Shown here piece after piece: positions 9,281-19,926 of a DNA stretch of 64,000 bases; positions within the stretch are counted from its first letter, which is position 1, and the number at the start of each line of letters is the position of its first letter. The stretch spans positions 806,851-870,850 of the forward strand of contig NZ_CP021255.1 in assembly GCF_002952055.1 (NCBI RefSeq), read 5' to 3'. The DNA comes from Desulfobulbus oralis (GTDB taxonomy: Bacteria; Desulfobacterota; Desulfobulbia; Desulfobulbales; Desulfobulbaceae). The translations under genes were made by a program, and so were the position numbers. Under the pieces are notes generated by a model. The model ran no database searches, was not told the origin of the DNA, and worked only from the letters and a program-made list of their open reading frames with translations.

Positions 9281-10366
9281 ATGCCTCAAATCTCAGCTTC
9301 CAGCTTTCTGGACCGCACCTTTCGTGCAATCTGCCCGCAGGACAACGAATGGCGCGACCGGGCCAGAGCCCGCCTCTCGGAACTCACCATGCCCTTCTGG
9401 GCCCTGGGCGATCTGATGGATCTGGCTGTGGACCTCGCCGGCATCACCCGTTCGCTGCATCCGCCCGTGGCCCGAAAACGCGTGGTCGTCATGGTGGGCG
9501 ACCACGGGGTTGCCACCGAGGGGGTGAGCCAGTATCCGGTCGAAGTGACGGGCCAGATGCTGCGCAATATGGTGAACGGCGGCGCGGGCATCAATGCTCT
9601 GGCCTCCCAGGCAGGTGCGGAGATTACGCTGGTGGATGTGGGCGCGAAGGAGGATTTTTCGGATCTGGTGGCCAGTGGCGCCCTTATTGCCAAAAAGATC
9701 GGTCACGGAACGGACAATATGCTGCTTGGCCCGGCCATGAGCCGCACGCACGCGGTCATGGCGGTGGAGGCGGGCATTGAAATTGCGAACCAGTTGGCCG
9801 ATTCGACAGACCTGTTTGCCACCGGGGAAATCGGCATTGGCAACACCACGCCCAGCAGCGCCGTGGCGGCAGTCATTACGGGCCGCCCCGTGATCGAACT
9901 CACGGGCCGTGGCACCGGGCTGGACGATGCCGGTCTGGCGCACAAGGTGGCAGTCGTTGAGGCGGCGCTGCAGAAAAACCGGCCAGATGCCAAGGATGGT
10001 CTGGACATACTGGCCAAAGTCGGCGGCTTTGAACTGGGCGCAATCGCGGGGCTGATCCTGGGTGCAGCGGCCAAACGCAAGCCGGTGGTGGTGGACGGCT
10101 TGATTTCAACGGCCGGCGCGCTCATTGCCTACAAGCTGGAGCCCTTTGTGCGAGACTTTATCGTCTGTGGCCACGGAAGCGCCGAGCCGGGCCACGCCCC
10201 CATGTGCGCTTTCCTGGGCAAAAAACCGCTGCTGCAACTGGGGATGCGCCTGGGCGAGGGTACAGGCGCGGCGCTGGCCTTCAACCTTGTCGAGGCGGCG
10301 GCCCGGGTGCTGACCCAGATGGCGACCTTTGCAGAGGCCAGTGTCAGCACTGCCAGAAAAAACTAA
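9281..10366 (+). CDS. cobT: Nicotinate-nucleotide--dimethylbenzimidazole phosphoribosyltransferase.
   Basis: The reading frame contains VVVMVGDHGV...GIGNTTPSSAVAAV...LDGLISTAGALIA...EGTGAALAFNLVEAA. ATG 9281 is preceded by AGGAA, and the protein is 361 aa. Confidence 0.85.
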   Translation: MPQISASSFLDRTFRAICPQDNEWRDRARARLSELTMPFWALGDLMDLAVDLAGITRSLHPPVARKRVVVMVGDHGVATEGVSQYPVEVTGQMLRNMVNGGAGINALASQAGAEITLVDVGAKEDFSDLVASGALIAKKIGHGTDNMLLGPAMSRTHAVMAVEAGIEIANQLADSTDLFATGEIGIGNTTPSSAVAAVITGRPVIELTGRGTGLDDAGLAHKVAVVEAALQKNRPDAKDGLDILAKVGGFELGAIAGLILGAAAKRKPVVVDGLISTAGALIAYKLEPFVRDFIVCGHGSAEPGHAPMCAFLGKKPLLQLGMRLGEGTGAALAFNLVEAAARVLTQMATFAEASVSTARKN

Positions 10367-10403
10367 TTTATCAAAACATACCATGTTCAAGAGGAGAATC
10401 TTT

Positions 10404-10838
10404 ATGCTGCATTCCATTTTGTTCTGCATCACCGCGGCCCTGATCGTGGCTGTGGCTGCGCCGGTCGTCGCTGGAGCCCAAGCGCAGCCGGTCAAGGTGA
10501 CCTATACCGTGCCGGCAGAACTCAGTGACCAGGAGAAAAAATGGTACGAAATTTTTCAGAAAGGCAACGCTCTGGCTGTCGGCTGGGTGAGTATTTCCCA
10601 GGACCTGCTCTCCCGCCTGCCCCTGAGCGAGCAGCTTGAGCAGAAGGAGAGGCTGCGTGAGCTGGGCGACAAAATCGGCCGGGAGTGGTGCAAGGACAAC
10701 AGGACCAGAAAAATTGACACCACCATGTTGCGGCAATGGGGCAAAGAGCTGAAGACCGCCTCGGGCAAGGGCAACGAGGTCCTGACCCTGGCCCTGAACA
10801 GCATCGACCAGAAGGTGGAGCGTCAGTTGGCAAAATAG
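10404..10838 (+). CDS. Hypothetical small exported protein with a signal peptide.
   Basis: ATG 10404 is preceded by a strong RBS (GAGGAGAA, 5-nt spacer). The N-terminus MLHSILFCITAALIVAVAAPVVAGAQA looks like a signal peptide. The protein is 144 aa and I recognise no conserved domain. Confidence 0.45.
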   Translation: MLHSILFCITAALIVAVAAPVVAGAQAQPVKVTYTVPAELSDQEKKWYEIFQKGNALAVGWVSISQDLLSRLPLSEQLEQKERLRELGDKIGREWCKDNRTRKIDTTMLRQWGKELKTASGKGNEVLTLALNSIDQKVERQLAK

Positions 10839-11301
10839 CGTGGGGAGCGGCCCTTGCCCAGGGTGCTGCGGAAAGTGACAGCCATGGACGGTCCAGACCG
10901 TGCAGTCACGAAATTGGAGCCATAAAACAAGCCACCTGATATGAACGCCGCGAGAAATGAAGACGTATGCTTCGCATCTCGGGTGGCTATGCCACGCCAC
11001 CGCTTCAGGCGCGGAAAGGCGTTTGCTGTCAGGTGCCTGGCCTTGTCAGGCTCTTTGTCCTCACCACGCCGCTCTGTACGCCTGCTTTTGGGCACAATGA
11101 GCGGCGATATCCCCTGTCTTGCCGCCTGCTCAAAAATCGCATCGGTGTCAGATCCCTGTCGGCCAGCAGCCTTTCCGCAGTAACACCGTCAATCAGCGCG
11201 ACTACCTGTGTGCCCTCTGCTGTTGTACCAGCCTGTTGAAAAGCCTCCAGGCAGGGCATAATGGTGCCCAGGCGATCAAACGTTGTCGAGGGGAGGGGTC
11301 C

Positions 11302-11951
11302 ATGCGTCCTGACCGGAGGCAGGCACGGCAGAAGAGCCTGTGGCTTTCGTACGATCAACGGCCCCAGAGTCAGGGGCAGGTCTTGTACCAGCGGCTGCAA
11401 CAGCTCCTGCACGAGGAAGGATTTGATACCTTCCCCGAAAAGCTCTGCGCTCCATTCTCCGTCGAAAAATCTGGCCGCAGCTCCATCCCGCCGGGCCGCT
11501 CTTTCCGCATGCTCATGATCGGCTGTTTCGGGGCATCGACTCTGGGCCCGGCATCTGCCGGCGCAGTTCGCGATGCCCTGTCCCTGCGGGAATTCTTGGG
11601 CCTTGCCTCTGGTGAATCCGTGCCCGCTCACTCCTCCCTATGCTGCACATTTTGGAAAAAGCCAGTTTGCTGCATGGCAAAGATGAGGGGATCGACGCCT
11701 CTGCCATGGCGGCGAATGCGGCCATGAAGCGCCATTGTGCGCAGCAGGGACAGGGGCGAGATTTATCAGGAAGTGCTTGTCGCCTGGCAGAGGCAAGCGG
11801 CAGCAGGACGCCGACCCAGGCGGAATTGTTCGCCTTTGACCGCAGGCGCCAGGGCGAAAAGACATCCAACAAGGATTGGCAATCGACCACGGACGAGGCA
11901 GCGCGCAGAGCCAAACTAGGCTCAGGCCTCATTAATCGAGATAGAATATGA
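11302..11951 (+). pseudogene. Remnant of a DUF772-type (IS5/IS1182-like) transposase gene. It is frameshifted and interrupted by the IS427-group insertion, and a short tail resumes at 12742-12900.
   Basis: ATG 11302 with the RBS GGGAGGGG. The N-terminal domain reads FPEKLCAPFSVEKSGRSSIPPGRSFRMLMIGCF...LSLREFLGL (DUF772 pattern). It continues in another frame as ILEKASLLHGKDEGIDASAMAANAAMK...DWQSTTDEAARRAKL. After the IS it resumes NDGRTHCLF..., matching the conserved KDGRTHLAHK motif. Confidence 0.55.
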
Positions 11952-12739
11952 CGGAAGCCGCGAGGCACAGAGCTGAAAAGAAGGTATGCGCGCAGCAGTC
12001 ATAACGCATGGCTCTTCTCCGCCAGTCTTTGATCCTGCCAAACATAACCTCGATCTTGTGCCGCTGTTTATACAGATCTTGATCGTACGAGCAGGGTCTC
12101 TTCCGGCTCCGTCTGGGAGGGATGCAGGGTGTAATGCCTCTGGCGCGCAGGGCATCACGGAACCAGCCCGCGTCATAAGCACGGTCTGCCAGCAGCTCCC
12201 TGGTCTCGGGCAAAGCATCTATGGCATCCATAAGCAGGGCGGCTCCCTTGTAGTCGCTCACCTGGCCTGCCGTGGCCGTCGCAAAGGGCATGGAGTTTTT
12301 GGAGTTCAGCCCACCCTTTGTGCGTCCGATGCAGCGGGAAAGAGCCCTTTTTTGAGCAAACTGGCGGCGGTACGATGCGCCTTGAGGTGGCTCGCATCGA
12401 TCATCACCTGGCCATCCTGTCCCGCTGTTTTTGCCAATTCGGTAAAAATATTGTTGAGGACGCCCATCCGGCTCCAGCGCAAAAAAACGATTGTAGAGCG
12501 TCTTGTACGGACCATACTCGCGCGGCGCATCTTGCCACTGCAGGCCATGTTTGATGACATAAATGATGCCGCTGATGACTTTCCGGTCATCGACCCGCGG
12601 AATACCATATGAACGTGGAAAGAAGGGCTTGATACGCTCGGGTTGTTCGGCAGAAAGGGAGAAAAGTTGGCTCATGGCGTCCTCCTTGAGCACAAGCAAC
12701 CAGATTTTCTGCTTTTTGACAATTTATGAGGCCTGAGCC
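11919..12739 (-). mobile_element. IS5-family (IS427-group-like) insertion sequence, 821 bp, with 17-19-bp terminal inverted repeats and a TA target-site duplication.
   Basis: The left end reads GGCTCAGGCCTCATTAAT. The reverse complement of the right end reads GGCTCAGGCCTCATAAATT. Both ends are flanked by TA (11917-18 and 12740-41). The element carries an orfA/orfB transposase with an A6G slippery site. Confidence 0.75.
11932..12675 (-). pseudogene. IS427-group transposase (orfAB). The programmed -1 frameshift site is intact, but there is an additional +1 frameshift inside orfA.
   Basis: ATG 12675 follows AAGGAGG. The N-terminus reads MSQLFSLSAEQPERIKPFFPRSYGIPRVDDRKVISGIIYVIKHGLQWQDAPREYGPYKTLYNRF. 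The homologous continuation RWSRMGVLNNIF...MIDASHLKAHRTAASLLKKG lies in another frame (12306-12608). The DDE part reads GRTKGGLNSKN...ADRAYDAGWFRDALRARGITPCIPPR...RHKIEVMFGRIKDWRR. Confidence 0.7.
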
Positions 12740-12944
12740 TAAACGATGGCCGCACCCATTGCCTGTTCGAGATGGAACAAATGACACGCACGGGCATAAT
12801 AGCCTCTTTGCATCCCCTTCGGAAAATCAACCTCTCTTCAACGGGCTGCTATACGTTGTCCCACTTGTTGCGACGAGGAGTGAAGCGAGCGCCCGTATGT
12901 GGCGCGTGAACAAAACCTTCGTGAGCTCTGCAAGATGGCAGCCA

Positions 12945-12988
12945 CGTGACAAAAACAACAAAGGGCGAACCCGGCGGCCCGCCCTTTG
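12945..12988 (-). terminator. Rho-independent terminator downstream of rubrerythrin.
   Basis: On the minus strand there is a 9-bp GC stem (CAAAGGGCG/CGCCCTTTG) with a 12-nt loop, followed by TTGTTGTTTTTGTC. It lies about 30 nt after the rbr stop codon. Confidence 0.5.
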
Positions 12989-13014
12989 CACATCTTTCGT
13001 CAGACAGGATCAAC

Positions 13015-13590
13015 TCACCAGTTCTCGCACAGAATCTCGAAGTGGTCGATTGGGTGGTTGCAGGCCGGGCAGCGTGCCGGCGCCTCGGTGCCTACGTGGA
13101 TATAGCCGCAGTTCCGGCAGCGCCAGACCACGATCTTGTCCTTCTTGAAGACCGTGCCCTGGTCCACGTTGGCCTTGAGGGCCAGAAAAACCTTTTCGTG
13201 CTGCTTTTCCGCAACCGCAATGGCCAGAAAAATTTTGGCGATTTCCTCAAAGCCTTCTTCCCGTGCCGTTTTGGCAAATTCGGGATACATCACGTTGGTC
13301 TCGTAATGCTCGCCGCCTGCCGCTGCCGCCAGATTCTCGGAAGTGGTTCCGATTGTGCCTGCCGGAAAGCTGCCGGTAATCTCCACCTCGCCGCCTTCCA
13401 GCAGCTTGAACAGCCGCTTGGCATGCTCCTTTTCCTGATTCGCTATTTCCTCGAAAATCGTAGAGATCTGCACAAAGCCGTCCTTTTTGGCCTGGCTGGC
13501 AAAAAAGGTGTAGCGGTTGCGCGCCTGGGATTCGCCGGCAAAGGCGGTGAGGATGTTCTTTTCGGTTTTACTGCCCTTCAAATTCGCCAT
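13015..13590 (-). CDS. rbr: Rubrerythrin.
   Basis: ATG 13590 follows a perfect AAGGAG RBS. The protein reads MANLKGSKTEKNILTAFAGESQARNRY and has ferritin-like ExxH motifs. The C-terminal rubredoxin domain reads CRNCGY...CPACNHP. It is 191 aa. Confidence 0.85.
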   Translation of the reverse strand: MANLKGSKTEKNILTAFAGESQARNRYTFFASQAKKDGFVQISTIFEEIANQEKEHAKRLFKLLEGGEVEITGSFPAGTIGTTSENLAAAAGGEHYETNVMYPEFAKTAREEGFEEIAKIFLAIAVAEKQHEKVFLALKANVDQGTVFKKDKIVVWRCRNCGYIHVGTEAPARCPACNHPIDHFEILCENW

Positions 13591-13707
13591 GATGTGCTCC
13601 TTGGTTGTGCCGCTTCTGCGGCTGGACTGTTCAGGCGGCTTTGCCCCGGTTTCACGTGGGTGCACGCAAAACACCGCCTCCCGCCGATGCGGGCCGTGGG
13701 AAAATGT

Positions 13708-14790
13708 TCATTGCTCATGCGCCCGCTGCTGCAGGGCCATATCCATCAGCACCAGGGCGGCCATGGCCTCGACAATGGGCACGGCCCGGGGCACCACGCA
13801 GGGGTCGTGCCGGCCCTTGGCGCTCAGCGTCGCCGGACTGCCGTCAAAATCCACCGTTTCCTGGGGCAGGCCAATGGTTGCCACCGGCTTGAAGGCCACA
13901 CGGAAGACGATGTCTTCGCCGTTACTGATGCCGCCCTGCACGCCGCCGCTGTTGTTGGTCAGCGTGCCGAGCCTTTGGCCCTTGCTGACAAAGGGATCGT
14001 TGTGCCGGCTGCCTCTGAGGCTTATCCCCGCAAAGCCGGAGCCGATGTCAAAGCCCTTGGTCGCCGGGATGGACAGCATGGCCTGGGCCAGCCGCGCCTC
14101 CAGTTTGTCAAAGACCGGTTCCCCCAGACCTGCGGGCACCTGACGGCACAGGCAGTTGACAATGCCGCCGGTGGAATCCTTCGCTGCCCGCAGCTCCTCA
14201 ATGAGCTGCTGCATCCGGGAAGCGCTTTCCGGATGGGGACAGCGGGTGATGTGGGCATCCACCCGGTCCCGGCTCATGCAGCTCAGGTCCGGCTGCGGCA
14301 TTGCGATATGACCGACCGCGCTTACCCAGGCGACGATCTCCACCCCATACCTGAGCCGCAGCCATTTTTCCGCAATGGCCCCGGCCGCCACCCGGCCGAT
14401 GCTTTCCCGGGCGCTGGCCCGGCCACCGCCGCTCGCGGCATGGATGCCGTATTTTATCTGGTAGGTGTAGTCGGCATGGGAGGGCCGCGGAATGCTGCGC
14501 ATTTCGCCATAATCGCCCGGCCGCTGGTCCGTGTTCTGCACCAGCAGCATGATGGGCGTACCCAGGGTCTTGCCGCCTTCGGTGCCGGAAAAAATCTCGA
14601 CCCTGTCCTCTTCGTCCCGATGGGTGGTGATGCTGCTCTGACCGGGCCGCCGCCGCGAGAGCTGGGGCTGTATGTCCGCTTCCGTCAGCGCCATGCCGGC
14701 CGGACAGCCGTCCACAACGGCGCCGACGCCCCGGCAATGGGACTCGCCAAAGGTGCTGACCCGAAACAGATCGCCAAAGCTGCTGGCCAT
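13708..14790 (-). CDS. aroC: Chorismate synthase.
   Basis: The protein reads [19 protein letters not shown]...[18 protein letters not shown] and is 360 aa over its full length. Confidence 0.9.
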   Translation of the reverse strand: MASSFGDLFRVSTFGESHCRGVGAVVDGCPAGMALTEADIQPQLSRRRPGQSSITTHRDEEDRVEIFSGTEGGKTLGTPIMLLVQNTDQRPGDYGEMRSIPRPSHADYTYQIKYGIHAASGGGRASARESIGRVAAGAIAEKWLRLRYGVEIVAWVSAVGHIAMPQPDLSCMSRDRVDAHITRCPHPESASRMQQLIEELRAAKDSTGGIVNCLCRQVPAGLGEPVFDKLEARLAQAMLSIPATKGFDIGSGFAGISLRGSRHNDPFVSKGQRLGTLTNNSGGVQGGISNGEDIVFRVAFKPVATIGLPQETVDFDGSPATLSAKGRHDPCVVPRAVPIVEAMAALVLMDMALQQRAHEQ

Positions 14791-14928
14791 GATGCCCCTC
14801 CGTGCTTGTCATTGAGCCCCGCCGCCGGCCCTGCCAATCCGGGCCGCCGCGATGCACATGATGCCTGCACCATAGTGCTGAAATCAGGCCCGCGCAAGAC
14901 CAAGGCGGAAGCGCCGAAGCCCGCAGGC

Positions 14929-14963
14929 AAAAAAAGCGCCTGGGTCGCATGACCACAGGCGCT
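14929..14963 (-). terminator. Rho-independent terminator in the aspS 3' region.
   Basis: On the minus strand, the stem AGCGCCTG/CAGGCGCT with a 14-nt loop is followed by TTTTTTT. It lies about 175 nt downstream of the aspS stop codon. Confidence 0.5.
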
Positions 14964-15139
14964 GGTGTTTCTTGTCCGTGCCTGCAAAAGCGAACAGCGG
15001 CACCCGCCGGAAAATGGGGCTGGAGCGCTCCGGGCAGGCTGCCCCTGTCCCGTCCGCCCAGACCTCCAGGCTCGGGGCCGGAACAGAAGCGGCTCCGGTG
15101 AGTCCGCACACATTGTCCGGCGCTGAATCCGGCCATGGC

Positions 15140-16933
<1,794 letters not shown>

Positions 16934-17022
16934 AGTTTTCTCCAGAAAAACGGCTGCGGCATGAGTGCCGCCTTAAAACCAAAACAAATTTGCCTGCGGC
17001 CAGGACAGTGCCACCACAGTTA

Positions 17023-17424
17023 TCAACCAACGTAGACAAGGGCCCTAGTCACACATGTATAAATAAGCGTGGTCAGGATGGAAACGGTTAAGGCAGTTAC
17101 CATGGTGATGTTCAGCGTCATGCTGTAGGCGACCATCTGTGCACCAAAATACACGGCTAGTTCCAAAAATCCCGCCAAGGTGCCGAAACTTGAGTCCAAG
17201 CCGGATTGATGCAAGGCGAGCAGGGCCAATGCAGTAAAAAACAGACTGTAAATAACAGCCTTCGCCGCATCACCCGCACTGACCGGACAGCGGGTGATGA
17301 ATTGGGTGACCAGCTTGATAACGGTAAGAGCGAAAACAAAACGCACTGCCAAAAACACGGTCAGCCCAATGGGCAGCATAAAGGCCAGGGCAATCAGCAA
17401 GATGGTGGCCAATAGAGCCAGCAT
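17023..17424 (-). CDS. Hypothetical small integral membrane protein.
   Basis: The protein is 134 aa with four predicted transmembrane helices (MLALLATILLIALAFMLPIGLTVFLAV...). Its ATG overlaps the hisS stop codon (TGAcATG), which suggests translational coupling. Confidence 0.4.
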   Translation of the reverse strand: MLALLATILLIALAFMLPIGLTVFLAVRFVFALTVIKLVTQFITRCPVSAGDAAKAVIYSLFFTALALLALHQSGLDSSFGTLAGFLELAVYFGAQMVAYSMTLNITMVTALTVSILTTLIYTCVTRALVYVG

Positions 17425-17425
17425 G

Positions 17426-18703
17426 TCAAGCAGCGCCCATCGCTCGTACCAGTTCGCACAGTCGCAGATTTTGCCCTTCCGCCTCCTCGGCCAGCGAAAA
17501 CGGCCTTTGCTCCTGCGTCCGCATGTCGCGCAGGATAGCTTCCTTTCTTTCCCATTCCTGCCCGCCCACAATCAGGGTATACCGAGCCTGCAGGCGGTCC
17601 GCGATTTTCATTTGCCCCTTGAGGCTGCGGCCGCTGTAATCGATGGCCACATGCAGGCCCTTTTGCCGCAGCAGCTGGGCCAAAAGCGTGCAGTGACGCA
17701 GGGCTTCCGGCCCCAGGGCAGCCAGATACAGGTCGGTGTCGCCTGAGCCGGCAGCCTGCTCGTTCTGCTCCATGAGCAAAATCAGGCGCTCCATGCCGAT
17801 GGCAAAACCGATGCCGGCAACCTTGGGCCCGCCCAGATCCGCAATCAGGCCGTCGTAGCGGCCGCCGCCGCCCACGGCAGACTGGGCGCCCAGGCGGTCG
17901 GTCACAAATTCAAAGGTAGTGCGGGTGTAGTAGTCCAGCCCGCGCACCATAAAACGGTTCAGGTTGTAGGGAATGCCCAGCATCTCCAGGGTCTCGCGCA
18001 CCGCGGCGAAGTGCGCCCTGCACTCGTCGCAGAGGGCGTCCTGGATGGAGGGCGCGTCGGCCACCAGGGCCCGGCAGCCGGGCTTCTTGCAGTCCAGCAC
18101 CCGGAGCGGATTGGTGTGCAGCCGGCGGCGGCAGTCCTCGCAGAGCTGATCCTGCACGCCTGCCAGCCGTTCGATCAGCACCTGCCGGAAGGCCGGCCGG
18201 CACCTGGGGCAACCCATGGAATTCAGCTCCAGACTGACGTCCACGCCCAGCTCGTGAAAGAGCATGTGACCCATGGCGATCAGCTCCGCGTCCTGCTCTG
18301 GCTCGACAGGGCCGATAATTTCGGCGTCGAACTGATGGAACTGGCGCAGCCGCCCCTTTTGCGGCCGCTCATGACGAAACATGGGGCCCAAGGTGTAGAA
18401 GCGCTGCACCGGCTGCTGGACATGCATGCCGTGTTCGATAAAGGCGCGCATGATGGAGGCCGTGGCCTCGGGCCGCATGGTGAGGCCCTTGTCGGCAAAG
18501 GTATACATCTCCTTTTCCACCACATCGGTGGCCTCACCGATGGAGCGGACGAAGAGTTCGGTTTTTTCCAGAATGGGCGTTCTGATCTCGCGCAGCCCAA
18601 AGCGGCGGCAGATCCCGGTGGCGCAGGACTCCAGCCGTTGCCACAGATGGATCTGATCCGGCAGAATGTCCTTGAAACCGTTGATGGCCTGAAGTGTCGT
18701 CAT
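17426..18703 (-). CDS. hisS: Histidyl-tRNA synthetase.
   Basis: The protein reads MTTLQAINGFKDILPDQ...RTPILEKTELF...MYTFADKGL...GGGGRYDGL. I placed the start at the internal ATG 18703, which gives 425 aa. Confidence 0.9.
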   Translation of the reverse strand: MTTLQAINGFKDILPDQIHLWQRLESCATGICRRFGLREIRTPILEKTELFVRSIGEATDVVEKEMYTFADKGLTMRPEATASIMRAFIEHGMHVQQPVQRFYTLGPMFRHERPQKGRLRQFHQFDAEIIGPVEPEQDAELIAMGHMLFHELGVDVSLELNSMGCPRCRPAFRQVLIERLAGVQDQLCEDCRRRLHTNPLRVLDCKKPGCRALVADAPSIQDALCDECRAHFAAVRETLEMLGIPYNLNRFMVRGLDYYTRTTFEFVTDRLGAQSAVGGGGRYDGLIADLGGPKVAGIGFAIGMERLILLMEQNEQAAGSGDTDLYLAALGPEALRHCTLLAQLLRQKGLHVAIDYSGRSLKGQMKIADRLQARYTLIVGGQEWERKEAILRDMRTQEQRPFSLAEEAEGQNLRLCELVRAMGAA

Positions 18704-18810
18704 GGCTTGATTGCGGCAAAAATATGGGGCGAAAACACGGAAAGCCAAAAAATTTACCTCAGAACTTGGCATTGCGTCAAGTCGATGTGGATTATTTTGC
18801 CTATCGCTTT

Positions 18811-18816
18811 TATAAT
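18811..18816 (+). promoter_or_regulatory. Candidate sigma70 -10 hexamer (TATAAT) upstream of the NMO-family gene.
   Basis: A perfect TATAAT lies in an AT-rich stretch of the hisS/NMO divergent intergenic region. The -35 is only weak (TGGATT). Confidence 0.25.
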
Positions 18817-18884
18817 GCTAGGATAGTCTTTTGCCCCCATGGCCGGGGGCAGGTCCTGAAGCCTCTTGTTCAAACGAGATTCGC

Positions 18885-19895
18885 ATGAGACTGCCCGAAT
18901 TGAGAATAGGTCCACTGATTGCCAAGATTCCGATCATCCAGGGTGGCATGTCGGTGCGTGTATCCACCTCCGAACTGGCCGTGCCAGTCGCTGAATGCGG
19001 CGGCATTGGCACCATCGGCGGCTCCGGCATTCCGGTTGAGGAACTGCAGGAAGACATCTGCAAGGCGAAAAAGGCCACAAAGGGTGTGATTGCGGTCAAC
19101 ATCATGTACGCCATGCGGGATTTTCACAATCTGGTGATGGGTTCCATCAAGGCCGGGGCCGACATGATCATCACCGGGGCAGGCTTTTCGCGGGACATTT
19201 TCAAGATCGGCAAGGAACACAATATCCCCATCGTCTCCATCGTGTCTTCGCTGTCCTTCGCCAAACTGGCGGAAAAGCTGGGTGCGGCCGCAGTGGTGGT
19301 CGAGGCCGCCGAGGCGGGCGGTCATCTGGGAACGATGACGCCGCTCCGCGAACTCTTCCCCTCCATCCGCAAAATGATTTCCAAAATCCCCCTGATTGCA
19401 GCCGGCGGCATCACCAACGGCTATGAAATGGGTGAAATGATGGATCAGTACGGCGCCGACGGCGTGCAGCTCGCCTCCCGTTTTGTCTTGAGCGAGGAAT
19501 GTTCGGTCTCTCAGAAATTCAAGGAAAGCTACCTGCAGGCCGGCAAGGACGACATTGTCCTGGTGAGTTCGCCGGTCGGCATGCCGGGCCGGGCCATTAG
19601 AAATCCCTTTGTGGACAAGATGCTGGCCCACGACGAGTCTATCGTCTCCAGAAAATGCCGCTTCCAGTGCCTGCGCAAGTGCGACCGGAAGTACTGCATC
19701 AGCGAGCGGCTTTTGGCCTCGCGGGATGGCGACGTGGAAAACGGATTGGTCTTCTCCGGCGCCAACGCCTTCAAGATGAAGGAAATTCTGCCGGTGCGGG
19801 AAATCTTTGACCGCTTCGTCAAGGCGGCCGAGTCGGTGTACAAAGAGCGGACCCAGGAAAGCGAACTGGCCACGGTCACGAGCAACGCCGGCTGA
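18885..19895 (+). CDS. NAD(P)H-dependent flavin oxidoreductase of the nitronate monooxygenase / FabK-like family.
   Basis: The protein has IPIIQGGM and MSVRVSTSELAVPVAECGGIGTIGG motifs and a TIM-barrel FMN-binding pattern. It is 336 aa. Confidence 0.7.
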   Translation: MRLPELRIGPLIAKIPIIQGGMSVRVSTSELAVPVAECGGIGTIGGSGIPVEELQEDICKAKKATKGVIAVNIMYAMRDFHNLVMGSIKAGADMIITGAGFSRDIFKIGKEHNIPIVSIVSSLSFAKLAEKLGAAAVVVEAAEAGGHLGTMTPLRELFPSIRKMISKIPLIAAGGITNGYEMGEMMDQYGADGVQLASRFVLSEECSVSQKFKESYLQAGKDDIVLVSSPVGMPGRAIRNPFVDKMLAHDESIVSRKCRFQCLRKCDRKYCISERLLASRDGDVENGLVFSGANAFKMKEILPVREIFDRFVKAAESVYKERTQESELATVTSNAG

Positions 19896-19926
19896 GCCTC
19901 AACGTTCTGCGTTCCATTCTTCAAGC

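Noticed and set aside
10371-11000. A 209-aa minus-strand ORF.
   Set aside because: It is antisense to the RBS-supported exported-protein gene, and its C-terminal part runs into non-coding, IS-proximal sequence. No homology was recognised.
12946-14952. A 668-aa plus-strand ORF spanning rubrerythrin and aroC.
   Set aside because: It lies entirely antisense to two well-supported genes, has low-complexity G/A/P/R-rich composition and no recognisable motif. This is a typical stop-free frame in about 65% GC DNA.
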